A stretch of DNA of 64,000 nt from Octopus sinensis (taxonomy: Eukaryota): contig NC_042997.1 in assembly GCF_006345805.1 (NCBI RefSeq), positions 105,276,001-105,340,000 on the forward strand, written 5' to 3'. Positions 26,141-39,032 of the stretch are shown here, in pieces. How positions within the stretch are numbered: position 1 is the stretch's first letter; the number at the start of each line of letters is the position of its first letter. Both the position numbers and the translations under genes were made by a program. The notes under the pieces were generated by a model. That model was given only the letters and a program-made list of their open reading frames with translations, searched no databases and was not told the origin of the DNA.

Positions 26141-27582
26141 TATGTATGTATGTATGTATATATATGGAATTTAAATATATACAACTGTTTCAGTAGGATT
26201 TTATTGAGGTATTCATAGATTATATCGTAGCATATCCAGGTAAAATTTTAAACAAATATAAATAGGTGGGATTGTTGTGCCTAGCCACATCTCTGCACAT
26301 CAGTAGCACACAAAGAAAGCTAGGAATAGCAGAATTAACCTCATATCACCATCCTGATGTGCTACAACGGAAACAACAAATTCAATCATATATCTTCAGA
26401 GGCAACAAAGTTTGAAAAGAAGACGTAATAATTACTCATTCTTAATAACACGTTGTTGGTTACCACGATCAAGTGATTATCTGAGATTAAGCAAAAAGAA
26501 ATCCATCCAGCCATTTTCGCCGCCAATTATTTCTGGAATGGTCATGCATGTAGAATCCTCAGTCAACCACTCCCTTGGGGCAAACAATTGTAACTACACT
26601 TTCCTGCTGGATTCCCAAGCTTGGCTAAGTGTTAATATCGATATTATATTATCCAACTCTTAGGCCTATATTCAAGGTCTCCCGCCTGTTGGATCGGTGC
26701 AAAGATATTCTTCGATTACTTACTGAGGTATTGAGAATCAAACGTCTAAATTTAAGTGCACGAAATATTTTGAAATCTCAGCAAGAGGAGGGAATGCAGC
26801 AACATAGGGAACCTTTGTATAATCGTTTGATCTGCTAGATATAAAAACCGAATACTCCTCAAATAAAACATTAGATGTCTTTAAACTACGCAGGGAATAG
26901 TGTGTCATGTGGTCATAGATACATTGTATCTGCAGAAAAGATTGTAAAGTCATTAATGGAATGCCTTAGATCAAAAATCCACTTCATCACAGATGACTTG
27001 AACGAAACAAGTCTAATAGCAGATTTTCTGAAGGGAAAAATGTAGATTGAACCATAGTATATATAGATGTATATATAAAAGGGAAAAAATGTGATGGTAC
27101 AAGGCTCGAAAACTTAAATTACTTATATTGGTTCTATAATGTCTTTTTCCTATCAGTTTATTTTATTTGCACTTGGAAATGGATACACATTTGATAATAT
27201 TTTTATCAGTTCAGTAACGTGATATTACGGGAATAAAATTCAAACCAAGTGTATCATCATGATAAGAAATCAAATGAAATGAGAGAAACATCTGTAAAAA
27301 TGTTGTGTTGTAAAACATATAATTGTAAATTGAGAACAAACTGCCAAACGAAAATTAACTGCTGCAGCAAAGTTGAAAAGAACTGTAGGGTGCCGGGTTG
27401 ATTTGCAATATTTACGTTCGTCCCTTTCCAGCATATGTGCTTGTCATCCGTCCTTAATCGTTAATATCCGTAATATACTGTGTCAAAGAAATCTGTTAAA
27501 TACTGGTGGTTTAACGCGCACGCAGGCACACATGCATGTATATATGAGACAGATAGTTGGTGAACCAAACAGCAGCACTCAA

Positions 27583-27615
<33 letters not shown>

Positions 27616-27785
27616 TTGAGTAGTTGAATGAATTATCTTGTTATGGATAATTCGGTTAACCGATACCTGGGTAGCAAATTCACATCAGAGAAGACACGTT
27701 TGAAGCTTTCGTGTGGAAATTTGTATGTTTTTATTTTTAAATGTAAATATATGAAAGAATGGAGTTGAACGACGAATTAACAAAA

Positions 27786-27884
27786 TTCCTTTATTTTCGA
27801 CATATGTTTCGAAGGCTGCATATTCCTAATTGCAAAGGAATAAGGAGTATATTATGCCACTTTCTCATCAGGAAAAGCAAGGAA
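27786..27884 (-). ncRNA. Type I hammerhead ribozyme
   Basis: Reverse complement of the 28089..28187 motif; predicted cleavage between 27799 and 27798. Confidence 0.85.
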
Positions 27885-28088
27885 CTTATGTCAACATCAA
27901 GATGCACAAAAAACTTTTAGATGACTGCTCACACGGAGCCCATAGTGAAAATGAGTGTCTCTTTAAAAAATTCCTTTATAAAAATTCCTTTATAAGGAGT
28001 GTCTCTTTAAAGAGACACTCATTTTCACTATGGGCTCCGTGTGAGCAGTCATCTAAAAGTTTTTTGTGCATCTTGATGTTGACATAAG

Positions 28089-28187
28089 TTCCTTGCTTTT
28101 CCTGATGAGAAAGCGGCATAATATACTCCTTATTCCTTCGCAATTAGGAATATGCAGCCTTCGAAACATATGTCGAAAATAAAGGAA
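28089..28187 (+). ncRNA. Type I hammerhead ribozyme
   Basis: TTCCTT-GC-TTTTC-CTGATGA(28102-08)-GAAAGCGGCATA..ATTCCT/AGGAAT..TATGCAGCCTTC-GAAA(28163-66)-C-ATAT-G-TC^(28174)-GAAAA-TA-AAGGAA. Confidence 0.88.
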
Positions 28188-28220
28188 TTTTGTTAATTCG
28201 TCGTTCAACTCCATTCTTTC

Positions 28221-28271
<51 letters not shown>

Positions 28272-28504
28272 GCATTAAACTTAGCAAACGGATTGCATTT
28301 AATAAGTGCTTGAGAGAAATCGCATTATAAGTTATTTTTGTATCTTTTCTGATGATCTTTACACACAAACGGATGTATATATATAAAGAAAGAAGCCAAT
28401 ACCAACCTGAGAAAAAGAACAACTCGGTATGATAAGATACGCTCTCGAATTTCTCTCCCTTTTACCTAGCGGTACAATGAGTACGTGACAACTGTAGCGA
28501 TCGG

Positions 28505-28650
28505 GCAGTACTCATTTTCAGGTAAGTAGATTGGAGGAACGTGAACTGAAATGCGTCGCTCAAGGTCGCGACACGCCGCTTGGGCTAGAATTTAAATCCA
28601 CAATTATGACTCCGTGTGCTGAATACAATAACCAATAGACCACGCGCCTT
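28505..28650 (-). mobile_element. SINE family C, decayed 5' half
   Basis: Reverse complement AAGGCGCGTGG..CCTTGAGCGACGCATTTCAGTTCACGTTCCTCC aligns to family C. Confidence 0.65.
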
Positions 28651-28938
28651 CACCATATATATATATGGTGAAGGCCTATATATATATCACATCCAAGGAT
28701 CGAGATGTCGGAAGAAAGTTATCTTCAAGCAATCTGTAGTAAATATAACAACTTTCAGGGACAATAGTGGTTTATTGAGACGGAAGGTTGTGGATTATTT
28801 TCTTATCGAAAATAGGACTGCTAGGACCTTTGAGAAATCCAAGGATCAAGGTGTAGGAAGAAAGTTAGCTTCAGGCAAACCGTAGTAAATATATATAAAA
28901 AAACAACTTTTAGGGACAATAGTAGTTTATTGAGACGG

Positions 28939-29091
28939 AAGGATATCTTGATTAAATGGAAGCTTACATTGTCGCAAGGAGGTATATGTTACCACACGTA
29001 AGAATCAATCAGAATGTGTGATTGAATCTTCCATGTGTTAACATGTACCTCCTTGCGACAATGTAAACTTCCATTTAATCAACATATCCTT
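28939..29091. repeat. 153-bp hairpin (53-bp arms, 3 mismatches), MITE-like
   Basis: AAGGATATCTTGATTAAATGGAAGCTTACATTGTCGCAAGGAGGTATATGTTA and its near reverse complement; the inner segment also pairs partly. Confidence 0.9.
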
Positions 29092-29214
29092 GGCCTGGAC
29101 AGTAGCCTGCGGTATACACCTCATTTGGATATTTACCTCTTCCGAAGTCCCGCTCGCTATGAAACATATATAGCCCGGATCTTATCTACTCCATTCCTTA
29201 ACTCTTGTGTGTAT

Positions 29215-29289
<75 letters not shown>

Positions 29290-29397
29290 TATATATATAA
29301 CGGGAAGCTTTATGAAAATAAACAAAAGACGAAGGCAGGTGGAAAACAAACGAACAATTGTATTAGTATGGCGCTCAGGAAATATAAATAAAACAAG

Positions 29398-29435
29398 TCT
29401 TTAACGTTTCGAGCCTACGCTCTTCAACAGAAAGA
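29398..29435 (-). ncRNA. Minimal Penelope-type hammerhead-like motif with non-canonical core
   Basis: TCTTT-CTGTTGA-A-GAGC-GTAG-GCTC-GAAAC-GTT^-AAAGA; stems I and II perfect, A6 is replaced by U, triplet GUU; lies in a 230-bp element (29300..29526) flanked by (TA)n. Confidence 0.6.
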
Positions 29436-32400
29436 TACACAGAGAGAGAAAAACACAGAAAGAAGGAGAGAAAAAAAATGCGTGCAGTAGCTAACGAAAG
29501 ATGTTCCAAACTTTTGGCTACGAACGTATATATATATATATGTGATACACAGATCATATACATATGAAATGAGATCTATATATGAATGACCAATGACATT
29601 CAAGATGGTGGGAAGTCAATGATGTTCAATAACTGAAACCTATACAAGAATAAAATATCTGTACTCACATTATGTTGCTTCTATATTTATTAATGCAAGG
29701 ATTTCATATAAATTTTGGCATGCTCAAGTTGTTTACGCTATAACATATTTAAAATAATGTTAATAATTGAACAGTCTGTTGGTCGATTTCTATCTTTCTT
29801 CAGGTATAGATAAATTGGTTCGATAATCATTTCCTAACGTGTACTGAATGGGAGATCACACTGATGCAATAGATAAAAGTGGTATTTTTTACTTTCAATC
29901 CCTGTCTTATTTCTTTAAAGTTCTAGTGAAAATTATGAAATGGTGCTATCTATTCACAATATGTATTTAGATAATAAGGAGTCCCATGGATCCCAGCATT
30001 ATGGATGTCCTGTCTTCGTGCTAAGCAGTTTTAAAGTGCACATTTTTTCAGTGAGAGAACGCCACTTCTTGTACACTTAGGGCAATTAGATGTCCTATTG
30101 TGTATACACTTAGATGTTTTGAGTTACTGTCACTACTAATCATACTGTTTTTTTCCTTAGTGCATGAGAAAAAATCCTGAAATCCTGAGTTCAAAATCAC
30201 ACCGAGTTCGATTTTACTACTTATATATTTTTAATGAATGAATTTTGTAATATTTATGAAATGTGACTCAATCGATTTTGTGGCTTTTCGACATTTATGA
30301 GACTGAACATGTTAGAAATTATTTTTATTATCAGTGATAAGGGTAAAGAGCAATATCTAGTATTTTATAATATTTAATCTTTATATATCAGTATGCTCTC
30401 AATTAAAGTTTGAGTGTTATCAGTAATGTAAGGAGTTCTGTTTAATAGACTATACCCTTCTTTAAAATCAAACTGAGCATATACTAGAAATATTTTTCAA
30501 ACAGTCATCTTCAAAACAAGCTACTTATGTGTAAAGTTAGAAGTCGTATCCCAGATAAGCATCCATTCGCCTCTAAAATCAAAGATTTAGTATCTTCTTT
30601 ACATAGACGCTTTAATCATTTACTGTTAGCGTTTCCGGTAAACCAAGGGACATATATCCAAACTAATAAAATATATTGAATTTCCTGCCAACAATTTTTT
30701 TTTTAGTGCAGAGATTACATATTTTAAATCTTAATCTCTTTGACGACATACTCGAATGAATTGGACATAAATAAATGTCCCTTTTGCCGATAACATTACC
30801 AGTCGTAAATTAATCTCAATTCTGCAAGTGAAAGAAATACTCGACAATCCTTCTGTATAGACATAGCTTACAATTAATATGATGCAATATATTACTTTAA
30901 GATTTGTAAATTAAACTACTGGACTTCCTCGTGCGTATGCCTGCGTAAATGTTTCTGTTAACATTTCACAGACCTGGTGACATGCAACAAACTAGTGATC
31001 TTGGCTAGTTATCTGCGACCGTCAGAAAGGAACCTGGAAAAGTGCAGAATGTTAACTCTTGTGAGGATTTACAATCATGTAGGTATCAACAATTGTTTAC
31101 TATGGGTATAGAATAAATTTTACACATGAGAACTCATATGTAGAGAATAAACAGAGGTAAAAAATGTTAACAACACCAGACACGTAGAAGAAAATGGACG
31201 CTTTAAAACGCTTCGATTAAGAAACACACGGCACCATTATACCTCACTCAGCTCTCTGAAGTTACTATCATTTTTATCACTTTCTCTCAATGCCAACGTT
31301 TGCGTATAAAAGATGGAATTAAATTTATTGGTAGGGATAACTGAACCTTTAATAAAATAAAGTGAAACTGAACCGAGAATCGAATCTTTATTTCAATATA
31401 CAGGTCCGTAACTCCCACTCAGTAGTAATTAGTTAAATGGACATAAAATTTGAGATAGTATGTACAGAAGAGGAGAAATGGGATGTTATAATACTCATAC
31501 CTTCTCGAAAACACTGGCAGCATGTTTAAAATAACTCCAACTGGGAATAGGAATTACTTGGCAGAAATGCCTGGCCAACTATTCAATAAATAAAATTTGT
31601 TACCAAAACCGTAAATTAAAATTGTTGACCAATAATTAATTGCAGTATTTGATTACAATTGAAAACTTTTTAAAGAAATTATCAATTTATTGATTAAAAT
31701 AGTTTTTGCACTTTTAATTAATTTGAATAAAAAAAAATACAGCGAAAAATTCATTAAATGGTCGAATACATTTTATTTAAAAATAAATAATTTAATTTAA
31801 TTATTTTAGAAAATTCTGCAATAAATTGCCAATATAAAAAACGATTTCTGATGATTAGTACTTGTATTTAAGAGACGTAATAAACTGAAAGTCGTAACGT
31901 TCACACCTCTCTCCCTCTCTCAAAGGTCCTAGCAGCCAAGTGAATAAAATTACTTCTAGAAAAAGAATCGATCTCCCGAAGTAAATTTGTGTCACCGAAA
32001 GACAACTTACTCTATACTAGTAGCTAAATAATATTTATCGGCAACAGACACAAAGTCATTAAATCTTTTTTAGAGAAATATTATTAAACCAAACGACACG
32101 TTACTTAGTGAAACGAATGATTGGCTTGCAGCTTGTTAAGGGAGTGTTATCGGTAGTAGACTGGCGTCGTATCCAAGAGGGGGGAAAGACACCCCTCATT
32201 TATCACCTTCTTGACGCTACAGAGCTCCGCTAAAGGAAACAAATGTAAATTGAGTTTTTTTTTTCATATCTTCTTTGTTGCTGTTTTCGACGTTTTTATT
32301 CAGTTTTGTCTTTCTCAATCATATTAGTGGGATAAATGAAGGTAAACTATTTAATTGGGATAGGAAAACAAATTGCAGTCACAATTCGATCAACAACGTC

Positions 32401-32607
32401 AACCTCACAGCATAAAGGGAAACCAAACGAAATTTTCTTTGTCATTGTGTTCAACAAAGAAGAATGAATAAGGATACACATCAGATTAATAAAGCCCTGT
32501 AAAAAGAACTGTTGAACCTGTTGGTAAAGTGGCGCCTGGAAAATTGCAAGATTTTGGTAACAAGATTCCTTAATTTCCGGCCAGTCGGAATGATAAAAAA
32601 AAATACA

Positions 32608-32641
<34 letters not shown>

Positions 32642-33639
32642 CCTTAACACAAAAGAAAAAGTATGTTTTCTGTGTGTTTGTAAGTAAGAGAAAGTGAACG
32701 GGCGAGAAAGATAATTAGCTGGATGGCTGACGCGATGGTTGAAGAGATAACAAGGATTATAGACAGAGAAAAAAACTACAAAAGGTATCACTGAGTTAGA
32801 GAGATTAATAGTTAGACAGATAGAGATATATATAAAGATAAATGCAGTGTAAAACAGTGATAATGATCAAATGAGAGAATGTGAGAAAAGAAAAGACGTG
32901 TCACATTAAGTGAGAGAAAGCTAAGGAGAAATAGATAAAATAAAGAGGTAGAGAATTTATAAGAGAGAAGCAAATTGAGAGAGAGAGAGAGAGAAAGAGT
33001 GAGTGAGTGAGTGAGTGAGTGATTGAGTGAGTGAATGAGTGAAAGGTGAAGGGAAGATGGGAGGAGGAGGAGACAAAGGGTAAATAGAGAAGGTTGGTTG
33101 AGATGAAATGGATAGCTTGGTTGCAGGATAGTTTGAGAAGTGGTGAGTAGAGACGATAGTGGGATGTAAAAATAGTCGATTTAAAGTGAGAGAGAGAGGG
33201 AGGAGAGAAACGTACAGAAAGAGACAGAGAGAGCAAAGAGTAAAGGACTAAAAGATATACAGACAGAGTAATGGCAAAGAAAATGTGAAGGAAGAGGAAA
33301 AAGAGCGGAAACGATTAAAAGCGGAGAAAGGAAATTATAGTCCCGTAAAAAAAAAATAAAATAAAAAAAATAAAAATATAAAACAGAGAGAGAGAAAAAA
33401 AAACAGAATTAAGATAAACCAAAAGGAGAAAATAACTCAAATTGATGAAGATAAATATACAAAATAAATAAATAAATAAAAAGACATAAATTCGGAAAAA
33501 AAAAATTGTAACAATTCTAGAAGTAATAGCAGCAATCGACAAAGGAATAACAAATAAGAGAATCACCAATCTTGTCATTAACAAGAACAAGAACAAAAGC
33601 AACGTAATCAACAACAATAATTGAAGAATATATATGCAA

Positions 33640-33814
33640 GGCGCAGGCGTGGCTGTGTGGTAAGAAGCTCGCCTCCCAAACACATGGTTCTGGGTTCCAT
33701 CCCACTGCGTGTCACACTGGGCTAATTCCTTCCGCTATAGCTTCGGACTGACCAGGGCCTCGTGAGTGAATTTGGTACACGGAAACTGAAAGAATCCCGT
33801 CGTATATATAAATA

Positions 33815-33845
<31 letters not shown>

Positions 33846-34045
33846 TTGTCTTCCACCACCGCTCGACAACCGGTGTTGGTGTGTTTACGTGCTCGTAACT
33901 TAGCGGTTGGCAAAAGGAAACCGATAGAATTAGTACTAGGCTTTTAAAAGATTTCCTGGGTAGATTTGTTCGACCAAAACCGTTCAAGGCGGTGCCCCAG
34001 CATGGCCGCAGTCAAATGATTGAAACACGTTAAAGATACAAGATA
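33640..34045 (+). mobile_element. SINE family A, full length
   Basis: GGCGCAGGCGTGGCTGTGTGG head through CCCCAGCATGGCCGCAGTCAAATGA tail. Confidence 0.9.
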
Positions 34046-34347
34046 AATATATCTCTGTATTAATCAACAGTAGCATCATTGATTATACGACTAGTCTTTT
34101 GTCACGTATAATATAAACCTCCGCGATTGCCAACCAGATTCCTCGACTACCTCAAAGGAAAATAGATTATGCAATTTGTTTAGTGCCTTATAATTTAAGA
34201 CACTCACATGGCACTAAAAGATAATGACTCACCCCAGACACAACAGAATACGCTTCAACACACGAACTCACATAAAAAAATCTTGCAAACCAAATCCAAA
34301 AGCGACAGCAATTTATTTAGATATATTGGAAATAATCGTAGTATTGA

Positions 34348-34680
34348 AAGAAGGTTTGTCTGTGTGGTTAAGAAGATTATTTTCCAACCAACTGGTTTCG
34401 GATTCGGCCTCACTGCACCTCACTTCAGACAAGTGTTTCTACTATAATCTGGGGTTGACCGATGCCTTGTGCGTGAATTTGGTAGACAGAAGCATTGTGG
34501 AAGCCCATAACGTGTGTGTTTGATCCCCACCACAGCTTGAGTGATAGTATATTTACCAACTCCGAAAAGATGAAAGGGATAGCTGTCCTCAGCGGAATTT
34601 GAACTCACACAACAGAAAACCGAAGAAATGCAAGACATTTCACCCGATGTTCCAACAACTTTAGCAAGCCACCACCTCTT
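34348..34680. mobile_element. Decayed SINE A 5' half (+) joined to decayed SINE B (-)
   Basis: GCCTTGTGCGTGAATTTGGTAGACAGAA (family A), then CCGAAAAGATGAAAGG..GCGGAATTTGAACTC (family B, minus). Confidence 0.7.
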
Positions 34681-34699
34681 CCTTATTGTCGTCCTTCTC

Positions 34700-34731
<32 letters not shown>

Positions 34732-34778
34732 TCTTCTTCTTCTTCTTCTTCTTCTTCTTATTATTATTATTATTATTA

Positions 34779-34810
<32 letters not shown>

Positions 34811-35557
34811 CATTATTATCATTCTGCTTCTATTTCTTGTCCTCTTCTTCATTCCTTACATCAGAAAGCAGTAACGCTATAAATTATCTCCAACGAACCT
34901 GTACTTGGTACAACGTAACGTACTGAAAGAAAGAAAAAAACCAAGAAAGAAAGAGAAAAGGAAAGAGAGTGGGGAACAGAGAGAGGCAGAGAGAGAATGG
35001 AGAATCAACTCCAATGCTTTTTACTGGTGTTTTGTCTATCCCGGAAGACGGAATAGCAAAGTTGATCTCGGTCTGATTTAAGCTGAAAGTGCAATGGATT
35101 CTATCCAATGCTGTAACTAAGCACCTTTAAATGTACCTACCTACATGGATTTTTCTGGTTGAAACACCTTTGATCATAGTTCTACTCGATCAGAATTGAG
35201 CAGGAGCTAAACAGCCAGCTGTACAAGTGAACTCAAAGACTCAACAACTTAAATTCGAAGAACATATGGTGATAACGAAGGAATTCTTTACGTATTTATT
35301 TTAATAACTGTTGTCAGTCATTATCATCAACATCATCATCAACATCGCCATCATCATCCTTCTCATCGCCACCACCGCCACTACCACTCTCATTAGCACG
35401 TATTTTCCTCTCTGAGCTAGTTGAATACCACTGAAAGACATTTCTGTCTATTTTGTATTGTCCATTTTACATTCTTTATATTTTAAGTATATCCAGCTTC
35501 TGATATTATCCGCGTATGGAAAACCTTTCATTTTTTTTTTCTTTTTGCCTTCTATTA

Positions 35558-35963
35558 GGATGGCTGTGTGGTAAGTAGCTTGCTAACCAACCACATGGTT
35601 CCGGGTTCAGTCCCACTGCGTGGCATCTTGGGCAAGTGTCTTCTGCTATAGCCCCGGGCCGACCAATGCCTTGTGAGTGGATTTGGTAGACGGAAACTGA
35701 AAAGAAACCTGTCGTATATATGTATATATATGTATATATGTGTATGTGTGTGTGTTTGTGTGTGTGTGTTTGTCCCCCTAGCATTGCTTGACAACCGATG
35801 CTGGTGTGTTTACGTCCCCGTAACTTAGCGGTTCGGCAAAAGAGACCGATAGAATAAGTACTGGGCTTACAAAGAATAAGTCCCGGGGTCGATTTGCTCG
35901 ACTAAAGGCGGTGCCCCAGCATGGCCGCAGTCAAATGACTGAAACAAGTAAAGAGTAAGAGTA
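35558..35963 (+). mobile_element. SINE family A, near full length
   Basis: A and B boxes, central domain and (AAGAGT)n tail are present. Confidence 0.92.
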
Positions 35964-36017
35964 TTAACAGTAATTTTAAACCCTACTTATCGAATAGTTA
36001 TTCGAAATATTTTACGG

Positions 36018-36340
36018 ATCATCATCATCATCATCATTGTTCGACAGTGGTCGAGACAATGGAATTTACCATGCCACGCCAGAGGTCCTGTTGCTGGATG
36101 CCTGTATCCCTGAAGATTACATCAGTGTAGGAGAGTGTGCGCCCTCTGGTATTGCGAGTAGATGGCTTCCAGAGGAGAAGAGTAGAAATTACCTCTTTTT
36201 CAGCTCTACAACAATGTCCAGCAAACTGGACTCTCCTACCTTTCACAAGAGATGACACAGGTGGTAGTTTCCCATATATTTGCATTTTTGCGGATCAACC
36301 CAATCAGAATTTGAAATCAGGGCTTGACAACGCTCTATAG
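36018..36340 (-). mobile_element. RTE-type LINE 3' end
   Basis: ORF 36034..36285 contains RRVQFAGHCCR..LLLWKP..RGRTLSY..RDTG..WR, then a (TGA)n tail. Confidence 0.85.
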
Positions 36341-36883
36341 TGATTACAACCATTTGATACAGCCCCTTTGTGCTGGCTAGAGCTGGAGGATTTAGTAGCC
36401 AAGGGATCTCAAATCACAAATACTATCTAAAATATCGTTTCAATTGGTTGGGGTTAGTTGATTATACGAATCGCAGTACTTGATTGATACTTTATTTTAT
36501 TGAGCCCGAAAAGATAAATGATAAAGGTGACCTTGGCAGTACTTGAACTCAGAATGTTAAAGAGATGGAAGAATTGCCACGAAGTGTTTCGTCCGGCATG
36601 TTAAAGACTTGGTCACCTCGCTGCTTCGAGTAGCATCTTAAATATGAAAAGATATATTAGACAACATCCTGCCGAGCTGTAAAAGACGGGAGTCCTTTAG
36701 TTGGAATACCTTTCATCCTATGTTTTATCGATCAAAGCTATCCTAGTGCAAGGGGGGAAATGAGGATGAAAATTTTACGATGGCAAAGTATCAGTTAAAC
36801 AAATAGTATCTAGGCAGAAGAAAATCTAAAAATGCTAAATACAGGTTGTGAGCATGTATACATGTATTCATGTATGTATGTAC

Positions 36884-37790
36884 AAACATACGAAGCCGAA
36901 TATACCCATCTGATAAGGATACAGCAGACACATGTATCTCAACCATATGTGTGCGAGATGGTGATCTCATATCAAGATAAACTGCATGACCTTGCCGGTG
37001 GGGCCCAGTTAGAATATTTTTTCAGGCTGAATAACCCATCCCGCTCAAAAGGTCACTGAAGAAGGGTTGTTTATCGAGCCAGACTTATAAAAGGCTGCCT
37101 TGATGTCATAAGAATTTGAACCCATAATATAGAACAACGCAAAAATGCAAACTCAAAGACATGTTTATTTATAAAACACTTCGTGCTTAAACGTTTTCTA
37201 ATTTTGACAAAAGACCAGCAATTTTTTGAGGAGAGACAGAAGTCGATTTCTTTGACCCCTGTGATTCATTGTGCTCTATTTAACTGACTTTTAAATGGAA
37301 AAATGTAAAGATGACCTCGGCAACACTTGAAAGAGCAGCGTATGCCATCAAAGTGACACTGGCGTACAAATATACGAAGCCGAATATACCCATCTGATGA
37401 GGATACAGTAGGCACATGAATCACAACCATATTTGCGCGAGATAGTGACCTCATATCAAGGAAAACAACGCATGAACTTGCAGGTTGGGCCCTGTTAGAA
37501 TACTTTTTTCAGGACGACTAACCCACCCCGCTCAAAACGTCACTAAAGAAGGGCTGCTTAAGGATGATGAAAGAAACACCCATGTTTCCGGATGTAAATA
37601 TCATTCAGACTCCAAAGAATTCCTTTCAACGTATGGCCTTGATGTTCCCCATTACTTCTGTTCGTGATCTGAGATGCACATATCATAAGTCACTAAGAAA
37701 TATGCTCAACTGGTTATGCTCAAACAACTGACGAGCAAATATGTGGTATGGAGCAGAATATTTATTGTAGCCCATCTGTTACAGCAAGAC
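36884..37790 (+). repeat. Repeat D, partial tandem (36884-37070 and 37365-37790) split by SINE B debris
   Basis: TACGAAGCCGAATATACCCATCTGAT..CCCGCTCAAAA.GTCACT occurs twice, about 480 bp apart, diverged. Confidence 0.75.
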
Positions 37791-37945
37791 AAATCATGTA
37801 CATGCTAACACTTCTAATCACTTAAGATCAGAAGTCATGCGAACCACTGCCATGTATGTATGTATGTATGTATGTGTGTATGTATGTATGTATGTATGTA
37901 TGTATGTATGAATGTATGTATGTATGTATGTATGTATGTATGTAT

Positions 37946-38505
37946 CCTTAAGAAATGCTTGCATCTCTCCTGAAACATGGGAAGGCATAGGTATTGATCG
38001 TAGCAGGTGGAGAAGGATTGTGCACGAGGGGGCAGCCACTTTTGAGAAATCTCGAGTTGCACATGAGATAGTAAGGAGGGGTGTCAGGAAAGGCATCGCT
38101 GTTACGCTTCCAGATGGGAAGGGTCTTTCTATGATGCTGGCATGCAGTGTCTGTGCAAGACCCTGCCTCAGTAAAGCTGGACTCAAGAGTCATCTTCGTA
38201 GTCATAAAGCGAGACAGATGAGTGACAACCTGGCCACTGGTGGTGTTGTAACACACCATACTAATTATATCTGTTGGGCATGTGAAAGAGAGTGTAATTC
38301 GGCAGGAGGACCTAAACGACATGCAAAGGTACATGAAGCCCAGTTACAACTACAGCCGGCTATTAACGGTAAAGGTTTTAGTTGCCAATTCTGTACAAGA
38401 CATTGTAGATCTTTAGCTGGGCTAAAAAGTCACATTCGATCACAGCACCAGTAACAGTTAAGCTTCGTGCAATTGCCATACTCGATAACGAGGAGGCAGC
38501 CATAA
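37946..38505 (+). mobile_element. 5'-truncated RTE LINE with three C2H2-like zinc fingers
   Basis: Open frame to the stop at 38454: WEGIGIDRSRWR..GAATFE (RTE C-terminus), then CSVCARPCLSKAGLKSHLRSH, CWACERECNSAGGPKRHAKVH and CQFCTRHCRSLAGLKSHIRSQH; (ATGT)n on both sides. Confidence 0.85.
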
Positions 38506-38967
38506 TGTATGTATGTATGCATGTATGTATGAATGTATGTATGTATGTATATATGTATGTAAGCATGCATGTGTATGTATGTATGTATGTATGTATGTAT
38601 GTATGTATGTATGTATGTATGTATGTATGTATGTATGCACGTACGAATGTATGTATGTGTGTATAATCCAAGTAAGACGACGAAAAAAGAGTTTAGCACA
38701 TCCCTGATCACCTGTTACAATTGTTTCGGCACCTCTCTGTTTTTAACGCAAAAGTTCCTTGTAAAAATATACGGAATATTTGCAGTTTTGAACATTAGAG
38801 TGGCATTTCATCAGACTTGCAGCAAAAGTTGCGCACTCATATTGGGCGTCTCTCAAGCGTTGTACGTTGCTTATATCAAGGAGAAAGGAGTATTTTATAC
38901 TTAAGGAATGGCAGCTGATCATTAATGGTGTGCAAAACGCTTTTATGACTCCTTTTATTTGGGTTCT

Positions 38968-39032
<65 letters not shown>

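Larger units (their letters stand above)
27616..28226. mobile_element. Head-to-head inverted HHR element between (TA)n tracts (family 2)
   Basis: Arms 27747-27968 and 28006-28226 differ at only two positions, both CpG/TpG; spacer contains duplicated AAAATTCCTTTATA. Confidence 0.9.

Noticed and set aside
26220-26950. Coding-like minus-strand segment (KVPYVAAFPPL..)
   Set aside because: Only vague resemblance to a PLE linker; many stops and no diagnostic motif.
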